DNA of 64,000 nt from Candidatus Latescibacterota bacterium (lineage in GTDB: Bacteria; Latescibacterota; UBA2968; GCA-2709665), in assembly GCA_965198095.1 (NCBI GenBank), contig OZ240239.1, forward strand, positions 2,528,234-2,592,233, written 5' to 3'. Both the position numbers and the translations under genes were made by a program. Every line of letters begins with the position of its first letter. Positions within the stretch are counted from its first letter, which is position 1. The notes below the pieces were generated by a model. The model saw only the letters and a list, made by a program, of their open reading frames with translations. It did not search any database and was not told where the DNA came from. Shown one piece after another: positions 10,293 to 19,559 of the stretch.

Positions 10293-10321
10293 TTAGACGG
10301 AACTCGCCCGTTTTCCGTTCC
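10293..10321 (-). promoter_or_regulatory. ECF-type promoter candidate (GGAAC, 18 nt spacer, GTCTAA), probably autoregulatory for the sigma/anti-sigma/Spy operon
   Basis: The minus-strand sequence GGAACggaaaacgggcgagttccGTCTAA resembles sigma-E class promoters. It lies between the ilvB terminator and the ECF sigma gene. Confidence 0.4.
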
Positions 10322-10328
10322 GTCCAGG

Positions 10329-10362
10329 TCAAAAAAAGGGGTGCCGAAATCCGACACCCCTT
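10329..10362 (-). terminator. Rho-independent terminator of ilvB
   Basis: Minus-strand AGGGGTGtcggatttcggCACCCCT followed by TTTTTTTT, immediately 3' of the ilvB stop. Confidence 0.6.
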
Positions 10363-10382
10363 GAACCCGGTCAGCCCGGTGG

Positions 10383-12152
10383 CTATTCGATGATGATATC
10401 GGAAAAAGATTTGCCGGAAGGGATCATCGGCAGTACGTGCTCCTGATGGGGCACGATCACGTCGAGCAGGTACGGACCGGGAGACTGTATCATCCGTTCC
10501 AGGGCCGGCCGCAGGTCCTTTTCGTAGACGACCCGCTCTCCCGAAATCTTGAACCCCTCTGCGATCTGGACGAAATTGGGGTGGATTTCCCCCTTCTCCG
10601 GGTCGCCGATGAAGGTATGGGCCCGGTTGCTTTCGTAAAGGATGTCTTCCCACTGAACGACCATGCCCAGGTGCTGATTGTTCAGGATCATCGTCTTCAC
10701 GGGGATCTTTTCGGTATAGAGGGTGGCCAGTTCCTGGACGTTCATCACGAAGCTGCCGTCGCCGTCGACGTCCACGACCATCGCGTCTGGTCTGGCAAGG
10801 GCCGCACCGATCGCGGCAGGCAGGCCAAACCCCATCGCGCCCAGTCCTCCGGAGGTGAGCCAGTTTCTGGGCTCGTCGAACAGATAGTACTGCGCGGCCC
10901 ACATCTGATGCTGACCGACCCCGGTCGAAATGACCGCTCGGCCTTCAGTCAGCTCGTAAAGGACCGATATGGCGTGCTGGGGCAAAATCGCCCCGCCCAT
11001 CTCCTTGTAGGCCATTGGATATCTCTTGCGCCACGCTTCGATCTCCTCCCACCAGTCTCCGTAATCTCCCGGTTCGACGAGCCCATTCAGGTCTTCGAGG
11101 GCGTATTTGACGTCGCTGTGAACCGGAAAATGGGCCACTTTGTTCTTGTTGATTTCGGACGGATCGACGTCGATGTGCACGATTTTCCCGTGTTTGCAGA
11201 ATTCCTCAAGCTTTCCAGTGACCCGGTCGTCGAATCGGACGCCCATGGCGAGCAGCAGGTCTGCGTGGTTGATGGCGTAGTTGGCGTAGACCGTGCCGTG
11301 CATCCCGACCATCTGGAGGGATAGGGGATCCGTCTCCGGGTAAGCACCCAGCCCCATCAACGTCTGGACGACCGGGATTCGGGTCTTCCCGATGAATGCT
11401 CGCAACTCGGCTGACGCGTCTGCGCAGATGATTCCGCCCCCGGCGTAGACGACCGGCCTCTTGGCCGCCTTGATGGCTTCAGCGACTGCTTGGATCTGCG
11501 CTCGGCTCGCCTTGATGTGCGGGTTATAGCTCCTGATGGCGACCGTTTCCGGATAGATCGGCACGGTGTAGGCCTGCTGGATGTCCTTCGGCACGTCGAT
11601 CAAGACAGGCCCCGGACGCCCCGTAGACGCAATGTAGAAGGCCTCCTTCACGATTCGGGGCAGATCGTCCACGCGATCCACCAGGAAGTTGTGTTTGGTG
11701 ATCTGGCGCGTGATCTCAACGGTCGCGGTTTCCTGAAAGGCGTCTCCACCAATCAGGTGCGTCGGCACCTGGCCCGTTATTGCAACGATCGGAACGGAGT
11801 CCATCTTGGCATCCGCCAGCCCGGTGACGAGATTCGTCGCGCCGGGACCCGAGGTCGCCAGGCAGACGCCGACCTTGCCCGATGCCTTCGCGTAGCCTTC
11901 TGCCGCGAACACCTCTCCCTGCTCGTGGCGGCATAACACGCACCGGATGTCGGAACGGGTGACCGCCTGATGGATCTCCATGCTGGCCCCTCCGGGATAT
12001 CCGAAGATCAGGTCGACGCCTTCTCGAACCAGCGCTTCCACCAGAATATCGGCGCCCCTCAAGGGTTCGCCTGACGGCGGTCTCTTCGTTGAGGCTGCTG
12101 AGCCCTCTATTGCCCGTCCGTCTTTGCTCGCGGGCACCGGCTTGGTTGCCAT
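10383..12152 (-). CDS. ilvB: Acetolactate synthase large (catalytic) subunit
   Basis: 589 aa ThDP enzyme ([32 protein letters not shown]...; [15 protein letters not shown]). The family match is clear. Confidence 0.9.
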   Translation of the reverse strand: MATKPVPASKDGRAIEGSAASTKRPPSGEPLRGADILVEALVREGVDLIFGYPGGASMEIHQAVTRSDIRCVLCRHEQGEVFAAEGYAKASGKVGVCLATSGPGATNLVTGLADAKMDSVPIVAITGQVPTHLIGGDAFQETATVEITRQITKHNFLVDRVDDLPRIVKEAFYIASTGRPGPVLIDVPKDIQQAYTVPIYPETVAIRSYNPHIKASRAQIQAVAEAIKAAKRPVVYAGGGIICADASAELRAFIGKTRIPVVQTLMGLGAYPETDPLSLQMVGMHGTVYANYAINHADLLLAMGVRFDDRVTGKLEEFCKHGKIVHIDVDPSEINKNKVAHFPVHSDVKYALEDLNGLVEPGDYGDWWEEIEAWRKRYPMAYKEMGGAILPQHAISVLYELTEGRAVISTGVGQHQMWAAQYYLFDEPRNWLTSGGLGAMGFGLPAAIGAALARPDAMVVDVDGDGSFVMNVQELATLYTEKIPVKTMILNNQHLGMVVQWEDILYESNRAHTFIGDPEKGEIHPNFVQIAEGFKISGERVVYEKDLRPALERMIQSPGPYLLDVIVPHQEHVLPMIPSGKSFSDIIIE

Positions 12153-12178
12153 CTTCCTTACCTCCCTTTACGGAGCTG

Positions 12179-12217
12179 TCAAAAAAAAACCCGCTGCCGA
12201 ATTCGAATCGGCGGCGG
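12179..12217 (-). terminator. Intrinsic terminator/attenuator hairpin in the ilvB leader, about 28 nt upstream of the ilvB ATG
   Basis: Minus-strand ACCCGCCGCCGAttcgaatTCGGCAGCGGGT (12-bp stem) followed by TTTTTTTTT. The ilvB RBS GGAGGT lies just downstream. Confidence 0.55.
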
Positions 12218-12401
12218 GTTTGAGACCTGTTCAACGGATCGTCCTAGAAACAAGCTCGCCACCGAACTCCGGTGTGACGTACACCAACGAGGTCTACACC
12301 TGCTGGGCGGAACGTTTCAAACGGGGATCTGGGAAGAAGGGGTCTCAAACTGAGTTCCTGGCACCTGAAGATTGGGATTCTCCTGATCGATTGAGGGTGA
12401 T

Positions 12402-12430
12402 ATAATACAAGGCGACCGTAGCGAAGTCAA
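12402..12430 (-). promoter_or_regulatory. Sigma-70-like promoter candidate for the ilvB leader (TTGACT, 17 bp spacer, TATTAT)
   Basis: Minus-strand TTGACTtcgctacggtcgccttgTATTAT. This gives a leader of about 240 nt ending in the terminator above. Confidence 0.45.
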
Positions 12431-12937
12431 GTTTTTTCCGACGGCCACGGAAGCCGCAGCCGCGGTCTCGTGAACGTAAAGCGGAAACCGTGCCGCGCTC
12501 GCGGGCCTTGATTTTGGCGCGAGACTATCGTACCTAACCTGAATCATTCATAAATTTGCTGAAAATCTTCATAATTTTATGTGGAACAATCAGTTATCCA
12601 ATTTGAGCTAAGAAACTTTGTTTGGGTGCAATACTGGAAAGCCCGGTATTCACGCAGATTTTTCAGATTGTCACGAGTGATTCGGGCCAGATGTCATCGC
12701 GGCCGTGGCGTTTCGGCTCTCTGGCTGCTTCGGCGTTTCTCCTCCCCAGGGGTTAGGGCCCTCTGTGGGACGGGGTCAGGTGCGGGGGCGGATGTGGGGG
12801 CGAATGGAAATTCGCGGTGTGGGGGCGGGTCCCGCAGTGGGCATCAGGCGGGGGGAGGCGTTCATTCCTTTCGCGGCGCCGGTCGTTTCCAGTGAGGCTG
12901 AGTCGCCACGGCCCGAGCCTCCCCGGCGTTTGAGGGG

Positions 12938-12970
12938 CCTGCCTGCGCCGCGTTGGGCGCGGCAGGCAGG
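12938..12970. repeat. GC-rich palindromic repeat, copy A (CCTGCCTGC-GCCGCG-ttggg-CGCGGC-GCAGGCAGG hairpin)
   Basis: cctgcctgcgccgcgttgggcgcggcaggcagg, a 14-bp stem. One member of a family seen at six or more sites in this window. Confidence 0.7.
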
Positions 12971-13095
12971 CGTCCTTCTTTTGTCACCTTTTCTTGGGCG
13001 GCAAGAAAAGGTGAGCATGAGTGACTTTCCTGGCCTTTTTTATGAATTAATCAGGCTAACTTGTGTTTCAAGAGATCCGGTCTGCCAGGGTGAAC

Positions 13096-13980
13096 ATGGA
13101 TAGGAAATTCTCCGTCGGTCTCATCCAGATGACCTGTTCGACCTCGGTGAAGGAGAACATGGATCGGGCCCTGTCCATGGTCGAGAAGGCCGCGCGTGCC
13201 GGCGCTCGTGTGATCTGTTTGCAGGAGTTGTTTCGTTGGCGCTACTTCTGCCAGGAGGAGGACCCGAGATGCTTCGACCTTGCCGAGCCGGTGCCAGGCC
13301 CCTCTACCGAGGCCATGGGCAAGCTGGCGAGAAGCGCGGGTGTGGTTCTGGTGCTACCCCTGTTCGAAAGACGCGTCGCGGGCCTCTATTACAACAGCGC
13401 GGTGGTCATCGATGGGGAGGGTGAAATCGTCGGAATCTATCGAAAGATGCACATACCGAACGATCCCGCGTACCGCGAAAAGTTCTACTTCACGCCGGGC
13501 GACCTGGGCTTCCGGGTGTTCGAGACGAGTGTCGGTCGGATCGGGGTATTGATCTGCTGGGATCAATGGTACCCCGAAGCAGCCCGGCTTACCGCGCTCC
13601 GGGGCGCAGACATCCTCTTTTTCCCGTCCGCGATCGGATGGCACTCGAAAGACGACCCCGATGCCGGGCCGACGTGGAAGGAGGCCTGGCGGACCGTCCA
13701 ACGCGGACACGCCGTCGCGAACGGGCTGCACGTCGCGGTCGTAAACCGGGTCGGGATGGAGGCGTCTAACGAGGAGGGAGGGATCCAATTCTGGGGCTCT
13801 TCCTTTATCGCGGATCCCCGCGGGGTCGTTTTGGCTGAGGCCTCCGGGTCTCGTGAGGAACTCCTTCTGGGCGAAGTCGACCTTGCCAGGGGCGAAGAGG
13901 TGAGACGGGACTGGCCCTTCCTGAGGGACCGAAGAATCGACGCTTACGACGGGATCGACCAGCGCTGTCTGGATCGGTGA
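13096..13980 (+). CDS. aguB: N-carbamoylputrescine amidase (CN-hydrolase/nitrilase superfamily)
   Basis: MDRKFSVGLIQMTCS...VICLQELF...; carbon-nitrogen hydrolase signature. Forms an operon with the agmatine deiminase gene. An alternative start lies at 13063. Confidence 0.8.
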   Translation: MDRKFSVGLIQMTCSTSVKENMDRALSMVEKAARAGARVICLQELFRWRYFCQEEDPRCFDLAEPVPGPSTEAMGKLARSAGVVLVLPLFERRVAGLYYNSAVVIDGEGEIVGIYRKMHIPNDPAYREKFYFTPGDLGFRVFETSVGRIGVLICWDQWYPEAARLTALRGADILFFPSAIGWHSKDDPDAGPTWKEAWRTVQRGHAVANGLHVAVVNRVGMEASNEEGGIQFWGSSFIADPRGVVLAEASGSREELLLGEVDLARGEEVRRDWPFLRDRRIDAYDGIDQRCLDR

Positions 13981-15071
13981 TGCGGGAATCTTGCGGGGCG
14001 AACAGGCGGTCGAGCTTGAAGCCTGCGGAGCTCGGGTTTCATCTGCCTGCCGAATGGATGCCGCACGAGGCAACGTGGGTCGCCTGGCCTCACAACGCCG
14101 GAGACTGGCCGGGCAAGCTGTCGCCGGTGAGATGGGCCTTCGCGGAGATGGTCCGGTGGATGGCGTTGGGTGAGGAGGTTCGGATCCTCGTCAACTCCAA
14201 ATCTCAGGAGATGCGCGCACGCCGGGTGCTCGCTCGCGCGGGTGTTCGCGAGTCTCGTATCCGGTTCTTTGAAATTCCGACGGACAGGGCCTGGACGCGC
14301 GATTTTGGACCGATTTTTCTCCGAAAGGATCCGGGCGGAAAACTGTCTGTCGTTCGATTCAAGTTCAACGGGTGGGCCCGGTACGCGGGCTGGCGTCAGG
14401 ACGATGCAGTCGCCGGACGGGTGGCGCGGAAGCTCGGCTTCCCGACGTTCTCCGCGACAAGAAACGGGCCGCGGTTCGTGCTGGAGGGAGGAAGCCTGGA
14501 TACGAACGGAGAGGGGCTCTTCCTGGCCTCTGAGCCCTGCCTGCTGGACTGCGGCGCGCAGGTCAGGAATCCGGGCGCCGGGCGTGCAGAGGTCGAGGCC
14601 GTACTACGGGATTATCTCGGAGCGAATCGGGTGCTGTGGCTTGGAAGCGGGATCGAAGGAGACGACACGCGCGGCCACGTGGACAACTTTTGTCGGTTTG
14701 TCGGTCCGGGGCGGGTTGTGCTCTGTAGAGAAAGGCGAGCGAACGATCCGAACTATCGGGCGCTGGAAGAAAACCGGGAACGTCTCGAATGCGCGCGTCT
14801 GACCGGTGGCGCGATCCTGGATGTTGTTTCCATTCCGATGCCGGAGCCGCGCTACCTGGACGGTCGACGCCTGCCGGCGAGCTACGCCAATTTCTACATC
14901 TCGAACGACACGGTCCTGGTGCCGACGTTCAACGATCCCAAGGACAGGACCGCGCTCGGAATCTTTTCAGATCTGTTCAGCGGCCGCGAAGTCGTGGGCG
15001 TACACGCGGGGGACCTGGTCTGGGGCCTCGGCGGCATCCACTGTTTGACGCGTGAACAGCCCGGAAAATGA
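13977..15071 (+). CDS. aguA: Agmatine deiminase
   Basis: 364 aa (ATWVAWPHNAGDW...TRDFGPIF...GGIHCLTREQP). The start overlaps the aguB stop. Confidence 0.85.
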   Translation: MMRESCGANRRSSLKPAELGFHLPAEWMPHEATWVAWPHNAGDWPGKLSPVRWAFAEMVRWMALGEEVRILVNSKSQEMRARRVLARAGVRESRIRFFEIPTDRAWTRDFGPIFLRKDPGGKLSVVRFKFNGWARYAGWRQDDAVAGRVARKLGFPTFSATRNGPRFVLEGGSLDTNGEGLFLASEPCLLDCGAQVRNPGAGRAEVEAVLRDYLGANRVLWLGSGIEGDDTRGHVDNFCRFVGPGRVVLCRERRANDPNYRALEENRERLECARLTGGAILDVVSIPMPEPRYLDGRRLPASYANFYISNDTVLVPTFNDPKDRTALGIFSDLFSGREVVGVHAGDLVWGLGGIHCLTREQPGK

Positions 15072-15180
15072 GGATCTGACGCCGGAGACAAAGCCGTGGC
15101 CATGCGAAAGTGGCCGAGGCCATTTCAGGAAACAGCCTTGATGGCAGTCTTCGCCGCACGGGCGAGAACAGAAGCTTATT

Positions 15181-16398
15181 TTGCGAATGTCCATGAGTGC
15201 ATCATCGAATCCGGTTGTTCGTGGTGAGTGTCTGACCTGGAGATCGGTTGCGCGCGGCGTGCTGCTGGGCTGTCTGTTCGGCGCATCGAGTTGGGGTGAG
15301 GGGCGGGCGGCCCCCAGGCCCGAAGTCGCGCAGCTCCTGCAGCAGGTCTCCGCGGACGGTCTCGAAGCGACCGTCCGGAGGATGGTCGCATTCGAGACCC
15401 GGTTTGTGGGGTCGGATTCGAACAGGGCAGCGACACAGTGGCTGAGAGAGAAGATGGCGGGCCTGGGATACACGGATGTCAGGTTGGACAGCTTCAAAGT
15501 GAACGTAAACCAGACCCCGTTCGGGAAGCCGTTCGTCTTCGACGATCTCACGCAGTGGAACGTCGTGGCGACGAAGCCGGGCGTGCTGCGCCCGAGCCGG
15601 CAGATCATCATCGGCGGCCACTTCGACTCGATCTCTCTGGACCGACGCCAGGAGGATCAGGATGTCGCGCCCGGCGCCGACGACAATGCCTCGGGCGTCG
15701 CCGCGGTGCTGGAGATCGCGCGGCTTCTTCGCGCCGTGGACCTGGACGCGACGCTCGTTTTCGCCTGCTTCGGCGCGGAGGAATTGGGGTTGATCGGGAG
15801 TCGACACTATGCCCGAGCTGCGCAAAGCCGCGACGACGACATTCGGCTCATGCTCCAGCTGGACGCCATCGGATCCAGGTCTGCAACCTTTCCGGAGGCC
15901 TTCACGATAGACACGGCCAGCCGCTACCTTTCCGAGGGCGAGGCGGTCGCCGAGGCTGCCCGGGACTACACCTCCATTCGCGCGCGCCGCAGGACGGGCG
16001 AAGGTCCGATGCCTTTTGCCCGCGGCTGTCGATGCTCCGACCATCAACCCTTCATCGACAACGACTTCCCGGGGATCGGCCTGTTTCAACACATTCAGAA
16101 TCCTGCGCCGCACCTCAACATGAGCACCGATACGTTGGACCAGGTTGACCTCTCCTTTGTCGAGGCGGTCGCCAGCGTTGCGCTCGCCGCGGCCGTTGAG
16201 GTTGCCGGATTTCCGGCTCGCACGCCCGACTTCGACGGAAACGGGCACGTAGGGTTCACGGATTTTGTGGCATTTGCCGGCAGGTTCGATACCTTAGTCC
16301 AGAACGATGAAGAAGCAGGCTTCGATTTGGACAGGAACGGGTTCGTGGGATTCTCCGACTTTGTGCTGTTTGCGCTGAACTTCGATCGGAGATTTTAG
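15181..16398 (+). CDS. M28-family aminopeptidase with C-terminal dockerin-like repeats
   Basis: Signal peptide; Zn-peptidase motifs (IIGGHFDS, GADDNASGVAAVLE, GAEELGLIGS). A C-terminal tail carries two DxDGNGxVGFxDF Ca-loop repeats. Confidence 0.7.
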   Translation: MRMSMSASSNPVVRGECLTWRSVARGVLLGCLFGASSWGEGRAAPRPEVAQLLQQVSADGLEATVRRMVAFETRFVGSDSNRAATQWLREKMAGLGYTDVRLDSFKVNVNQTPFGKPFVFDDLTQWNVVATKPGVLRPSRQIIIGGHFDSISLDRRQEDQDVAPGADDNASGVAAVLEIARLLRAVDLDATLVFACFGAEELGLIGSRHYARAAQSRDDDIRLMLQLDAIGSRSATFPEAFTIDTASRYLSEGEAVAEAARDYTSIRARRRTGEGPMPFARGCRCSDHQPFIDNDFPGIGLFQHIQNPAPHLNMSTDTLDQVDLSFVEAVASVALAAAVEVAGFPARTPDFDGNGHVGFTDFVAFAGRFDTLVQNDEEAGFDLDRNGFVGFSDFVLFALNFDRRF

Positions 16399-16437
16399 CT
16401 GCCCAGATCGGGCGCGAATCGAAAGGAGGCTTGGAAA

Positions 16438-17754
16438 TTGAACGCACTGGCAAGATTCTTCCGGTTTCAGGAGTTGGGAACGAACTTTCGAATGGAAATC
16501 GTTGGCGGGCTTACGACGTTCGTGACCATGGCCTACATCGTGGCCGTGAATCCGGCCATTTTGTCTGATGCGCTCGGGCAAGCGCTGTTTCCGGATCTGT
16601 TGTTCGCCACCTGCGTTTCGGCGGCCATCGCGACGTTGATCATGGGAGTCGGGGCCAACTACCCGTTCGCGCTTGCCCCCGGCATGGGATTGAACGCATT
16701 TTTCACCTACACGATCGTTCTGAGAAACGGGGTTCCGTGGGAACTCGCCCTGGGGATCGTGTTTGCCTCCGGCGTAATCTTCACGCTGCTCTCCCTCTTG
16801 CGGATCAGAGAGGTCATTATCAACGCCGTTCCGGGCGTGCTCAAACACGCGACAGCAGGCGGGATCGGGCTGTTCATCGCATTCATCGGATTGAAGAACG
16901 CCGGGATCGTCTCGGATGATCCGAACACGCTCCTCCGCTTGGGCGACGTGCGGAGTGCCTCGCCGGGGCTCGCTCTGCTGGGGATCTTGGGGATCGGCGC
17001 GCTGCTCGCCCGACGCGTTCGGGGATCTATCCTGATCGGCGTGGTTGGCATCGGCTTGCTGGGCATGGTCATCGGCGCGGCACCGTTTCCGGATCGTATC
17101 TTCAGCCTACCCAGCTGGCCGGAACGTCTGTTTGGGGTGGCGGCCTTGAATTTCACAGCCGCGTTCGACGTCGCCTTGATAGGCTTCGTCTTCGCATTTC
17201 TGTTCGTGGATCTTTTTGACACCATGGGCACGCTCGTGGGGCTGTCGGAGCGGGCCGGCTACCTGGATGCAGACGGGCGTCTGCCCAGGGCGAATCGCGC
17301 GCTTCTGGCAGATTCGTTCGGGACGATGCTGGGGGCCCTATTCGGAACTTCGACCGTTACCACCTATATCGAGAGCGGCGCCGGCACGTCGGCGGGTGCC
17401 CGGACCGGATTCGCCAGCGTCGTCACGGGACTGCTTTTTCTCCTGGGGTTGTTCATCATGCCGCTGGTCGAGTCGATCCCGACGTTCGCGACCGCGCCCG
17501 CACTCGTCGTGGTCGGCGTGTCGATGATGGCCTCCGTGCTACGAATCCGCTGGCGCGATGTTTCGGAAGCGCTCCCAGCCTTCCTGACGATCATTGTCAT
17601 GCCCTTGACGTTCAGCATCGCCAACGGCGTGGCGCTCGGGTTGATCGCTTATCCGATCGTCAAGCGGTTGGGGGGGCGAGGCAAAGAAGTACATCTGCTC
17701 GTCGATCTGCTCGCGGTGGTGTTCATTGCGAGGTACCTCTTTATGGATTCGTGA
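16438..17754 (+). CDS. NCS2/AzgA-family purine permease (adenine/guanine/hypoxanthine type), TTG start
   Basis: 438 aa polytopic protein (TTFVTMAYIVAVNPAILSDA...). RBS AAAGGAGG lies 8 nt upstream of the TTG. Confidence 0.8.
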   Translation: MNALARFFRFQELGTNFRMEIVGGLTTFVTMAYIVAVNPAILSDALGQALFPDLLFATCVSAAIATLIMGVGANYPFALAPGMGLNAFFTYTIVLRNGVPWELALGIVFASGVIFTLLSLLRIREVIINAVPGVLKHATAGGIGLFIAFIGLKNAGIVSDDPNTLLRLGDVRSASPGLALLGILGIGALLARRVRGSILIGVVGIGLLGMVIGAAPFPDRIFSLPSWPERLFGVAALNFTAAFDVALIGFVFAFLFVDLFDTMGTLVGLSERAGYLDADGRLPRANRALLADSFGTMLGALFGTSTVTTYIESGAGTSAGARTGFASVVTGLLFLLGLFIMPLVESIPTFATAPALVVVGVSMMASVLRIRWRDVSEALPAFLTIIVMPLTFSIANGVALGLIAYPIVKRLGGRGKEVHLLVDLLAVVFIARYLFMDS

Positions 17755-17844
17755 GGTGGCCGGACCCCTGCGAGGCACAACAGGCGATTGTTGACGCGGT
17801 GGGGGTTGCGTTTTTGAGGTGGGGTCGGACGAGGGGATGGCCCC

Positions 17845-19527
17845 TCACTCCGGTTCTGCAATCCGGATGTCGACTTCAAACAGACTCGCGGGGACCCAGA
17901 TGCCCCACGTTTCAAGAACTTCGGGATGAATCTCGCCGATGATCCCGAGAACCTCACTGTTTTTGCAGATCTCTCCGGCGCGTCCGGGGAGGAAGGTCGG
18001 GTGGTCCGCAGGGGTGAGGGCGTAGTCGAAGCGGAAGTAGTAAGCGAGCGCCTCAAGAAAGCTCTGGATGTCGGAGAGGTTCGCTTCCGCCCCTGCCTCC
18101 AGGGCCGCGAGGTGGACCCGGGTGACGACGCCGTAATCTTCTTCAGGAGCGATCAGGGCAACCTCACCGACCTCGAAGATGCGATGCGGATAGATGGCGC
18201 GTCGGCTTGCGCGTTCCACCCGAAGCAGTCCCGGGAGGAGCGCGTTTCTTATTGCGCCGTAAGATGTTGAGACCGGATTTTTGATTTCCACGACCGCACT
18301 GCTCGGGTCCCGCAGCCTGGCGGTCAGGTCATCACGCGCGCTGAGGATTGGAAGAAAGAGTTCCTGGAAGCCGCAGCCGACCATGAGTTCCCGAATCCGG
18401 TCGGAAAGGTCTTCCTGGGGCGCAGCCTTTCCGACCGTGAAATCGTGCAGAGGCTCGGGCTCGATCGTGTCGTATCCGACGGCCACTGCGATGTCTTCGA
18501 TCAGATCCACCGGGTGCAGAACGTCATCCCGGTAGGGGGCGGGCCGGGCCCGGATTGTGCTCCGCTCGACGACGACGTCGTGGTAGCCCATGGCATTCAG
18601 CGCCTGTTCAATCCGACTGGCGTCGAGCTTGGATCCCAGAACGTGCCGGACTTCTTCCAGGGCCACCCGGATCGGCTCAGTCAGGTCGACCGGGGTTTGG
18701 ATCTCTCGTCCCCGGACCGTTTCGTACGGATAGATGACATTCACGGGGAGGACGGTTGCCCCTCGATCGGCCATGTTGACGGCCATGATCGTGCAGCTCA
18801 GCAGGACGGCATCCAGCACGGTGCCGGTGGCTTCGCAAAACAGGGAGGAATCACCCGCCTGGACCCGTCCCAGGGTCTGGCTGTTGATGATGGGGGGCAT
18901 GGAGAGGACCTCGCCCCTTTCGTCCCGCAGGATCGGAAACGTCTCGAAATCTGCAAGCAGGTGGGCGTAAGCCCTTCCCGTGGGGTGCTCCAGAAGGATT
19001 TGGCTCAAATCCATCTCCACGTCGGCTTCGAGGGGGATGAACCGAGTGGATCCGGGATCGACAGCTTCATAGTGCACGGGATAGACGATCTCCGAAGCAT
19101 CGTAGATTCCGATGGCCACCGTCTGGCGGCCCCGGCCGTAGTTTTCCGTCAACCTTTCCTGCGCCTCGATGAGCTGCTCCAGCGCCACGCCGTCGATGTC
19201 GATGCCTTCGCAGGCGAAGGCGGCCACGTAGGGTCGGATCGGCTTGAGGCCGGCGTCGACCCGAACCTCACGCTCGGCGGCGGTCGCTCGAAAGAAGGGG
19301 TAGACTTCGTGACGTCCCGACCGGTGTCCGCGAAGCAGCCTGGCCAACCCTTCTGAAGACCAGAGGTCCGGGCGGTTGGTATCCTTGACCTGAATCCGGA
19401 GGCGGCCGCCTTCTTCTTCCGTCACCTCTGCCTTGGCGACCTCCAGCGCAGATTCAAGGGACTTCAGATCGTAAATCTGTCCAGCGAGGGATTCCAGGTC
19501 TTGCTTGAAGATGCTGATCGTTGGCAT
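17845..19527 (-). CDS. pheT: Phenylalanine--tRNA ligase beta subunit, archaeal/eukaryal-type short form (560 aa)
   Basis: ORF trimmed to M72 (MPTISIFKQDLESLAGQIYDLKSLESALEVAKAEV...). 560 aa rather than the roughly 800 aa of the bacterial type. Adjacent to pheS. Confidence 0.85.
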   Translation of the reverse strand: MPTISIFKQDLESLAGQIYDLKSLESALEVAKAEVTEEEGGRLRIQVKDTNRPDLWSSEGLARLLRGHRSGRHEVYPFFRATAAEREVRVDAGLKPIRPYVAAFACEGIDIDGVALEQLIEAQERLTENYGRGRQTVAIGIYDASEIVYPVHYEAVDPGSTRFIPLEADVEMDLSQILLEHPTGRAYAHLLADFETFPILRDERGEVLSMPPIINSQTLGRVQAGDSSLFCEATGTVLDAVLLSCTIMAVNMADRGATVLPVNVIYPYETVRGREIQTPVDLTEPIRVALEEVRHVLGSKLDASRIEQALNAMGYHDVVVERSTIRARPAPYRDDVLHPVDLIEDIAVAVGYDTIEPEPLHDFTVGKAAPQEDLSDRIRELMVGCGFQELFLPILSARDDLTARLRDPSSAVVEIKNPVSTSYGAIRNALLPGLLRVERASRRAIYPHRIFEVGEVALIAPEEDYGVVTRVHLAALEAGAEANLSDIQSFLEALAYYFRFDYALTPADHPTFLPGRAGEICKNSEVLGIIGEIHPEVLETWGIWVPASLFEVDIRIAEPE

Positions 19528-19559
19528 GATACCTCTGCCTTTTCGCGGACGCCCGCGCG

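Noticed and set aside
12179-12217. tRNA-like TTCGAAT loop flanked by a GCCGA/TCGGC stem
   Set aside because: It resembles a T-arm, but the acceptor-like arm is directly adjacent with no D or anticodon arms. The structure is a simple 12-bp hairpin plus a U-tract, i.e. a terminator/attenuator. No tRNA was found in any intergenic region.
12226-12400. T-box riboswitch or ILV-rich leader peptide upstream of ilvB
   Set aside because: No AATTAGGGTGGNACCGCG-like T-box sequence and no run of Leu/Val/Ile codons in any small leader ORF. The candidate peptides lack any such run.
12581-13103. ORFs of 104 aa and 132 aa on the plus strand (12581..12895 and 12705..13103)
   Set aside because: They are low-complexity G/R/A-rich translations of a G-tract-rich noncoding region, with no start context or homology.
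17755-17844. Terminator between the convergent permease and pheT genes
   Set aside because: A GAGGGG/CCCCTC hairpin exists but has no U-tract on either strand, so the evidence is weak.
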